Source: Antedon mediterranea
Taxonomy: Eukaryota > Animalia > Echinodermata
Direction: 5' to 3'
Length of the DNA: 64,000 bases
NCBI RefSeq assembly: GCF_964355755.1
Contig: NC_092674.1
Coordinates: 22,816,001-22,880,000, forward strand
Part shown: positions 62,973-64,000 of the stretch, in pieces
Numbering within the stretch: position 1 is the first letter of the stretch
Layout of the letters: every line of letters starts with the position of its first letter
Program-made: the position numbers and the translations under genes
The notes under the pieces: generated by a model
Seen by the model: only the letters and a program-made list of their open reading frames with translations
Told to the model about the DNA's origin: nothing
Database searches by the model: none

Positions 62973-64000
62973 TTAAAAATATGACATCATCATATCTTCA
63001 TGTTGACATGTCACATTTTTTTTGTCACATAAAGTTTAATAGTATGTAGACAGAGCTTTAGAAAGGCTATAAAATATATATTTCAAAAAGTAGTACAGCT
63101 CGTATAATTGATTATTTAGTTGTTTGTGTTTACAGAGGTAATTGGAATCGCATTGTCATGGTATATTTATTGATTAGAATAATAAAATATAATATAAATT
63201 TGTAATATAACTAATGTTTGTTATAACATTATATTATATTATGTTATTATTGTATTTTTATTTTTTACAAAAGACCTTCAGTTCTAAAATATCAATATAT
63301 TAAGAGTAGTTTGTCACAAAAAAAGCAATAAGTTTCATAACATATACCACAAATGTAACCATGGAAACATTAATAATAGCAACATAAAAAGCCAACATCA
63401 ATTTATTTTAATCAAAATTTTTTTTCAAATATTATGATTACTTTTTCATTAAAGCAAATAATAATTTTCACAATAAATAACCCTGGAAAAACAAAAACAA
63501 TTTGATTTCTGTCCATAGACCAATTGAGAATTTTTTTTTTATTTCCCAATTTAGACTGTGTAAAATTATAATGTAATTATTTAAAATAATTTTTTGGTTT
63601 TGAAAAGGAAAGAATAAAATACATATCAAATTCTACAGTTGGAATGAAAATAAGTGAGGTTTGCATTCACAATTATTATAATTTGTCAATGTATTGTAAA
63701 TGGAAGAAATAATTCAACTAGAAAGTGCATACCTCCACCTACTGTAAAATTCTCCTACCTAAGATTTTTCTGGTAAAATATATATATATTTGTGTGTGTC
63801 TTTGCTGTGTGTGATTTAGGCTAATTTCACTACAAGCATGTGTATGCGAATTTGGTGTAATGGAACCAGCTTTTCAACTAACAATAGTTTCAGTTGACTA
63901 AACATAGAACAGCAACGCCAAAAACACGGGTGAATTTGAAATGAAAAAGGTTTTTAAAAACTACTGTACTTGTATCAAAAAACCTGTAAATTAAATCAAA

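Noticed and set aside
60909-64000. Further upstream anoctamin exons
   Set aside because: No convincing exon with matching splice sites and phase was found; the region looks like a long intron with MITEs and a SINE.

Overview
AT-rich, intron-containing animal genomic DNA. It is probably a marine invertebrate and plausibly an echinoderm, which is inference from composition and repeat types. Most short ORFs in the supplied track are spurious or are exon fragments. Four things are well supported. (1) A head-to-tail cluster of three six-exon paralogues on the minus strand (A 2678-11007, B 18518-24289, C 31486-40583). Each splices with GT-AG and consistent phases into a secreted ~350-380 aa protein: signal peptide, YWTD-type beta-propeller, C-terminal PAN/apple-like Cys domain. 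The cluster is a mosaic: gene B shares near-identical first and last exons and flanks with A/C, but its propeller core is only ~20-30% identical. (2) The 3' 16 exons of an anoctamin/TMEM16 gene (minus, 44253-60908) with an atypical Ca2+-site and loops. (3) A young full-length DIRS1-type tyrosine-recombinase retrotransposon (~53350-58698) in an anoctamin intron. It has perfect 170-bp ITRs, an ICR, and one small deletion that breaks two overlapping frames at once. Miniature derivatives of its termini lie in nearby introns. (4) Many non-autonomous repeats: Helitrons, HINE-like elements, Harbinger- and Kolobok-type MITEs, an Academ-like relic, SINEs and LINE fragments. Percent identities are hand-counted estimates.
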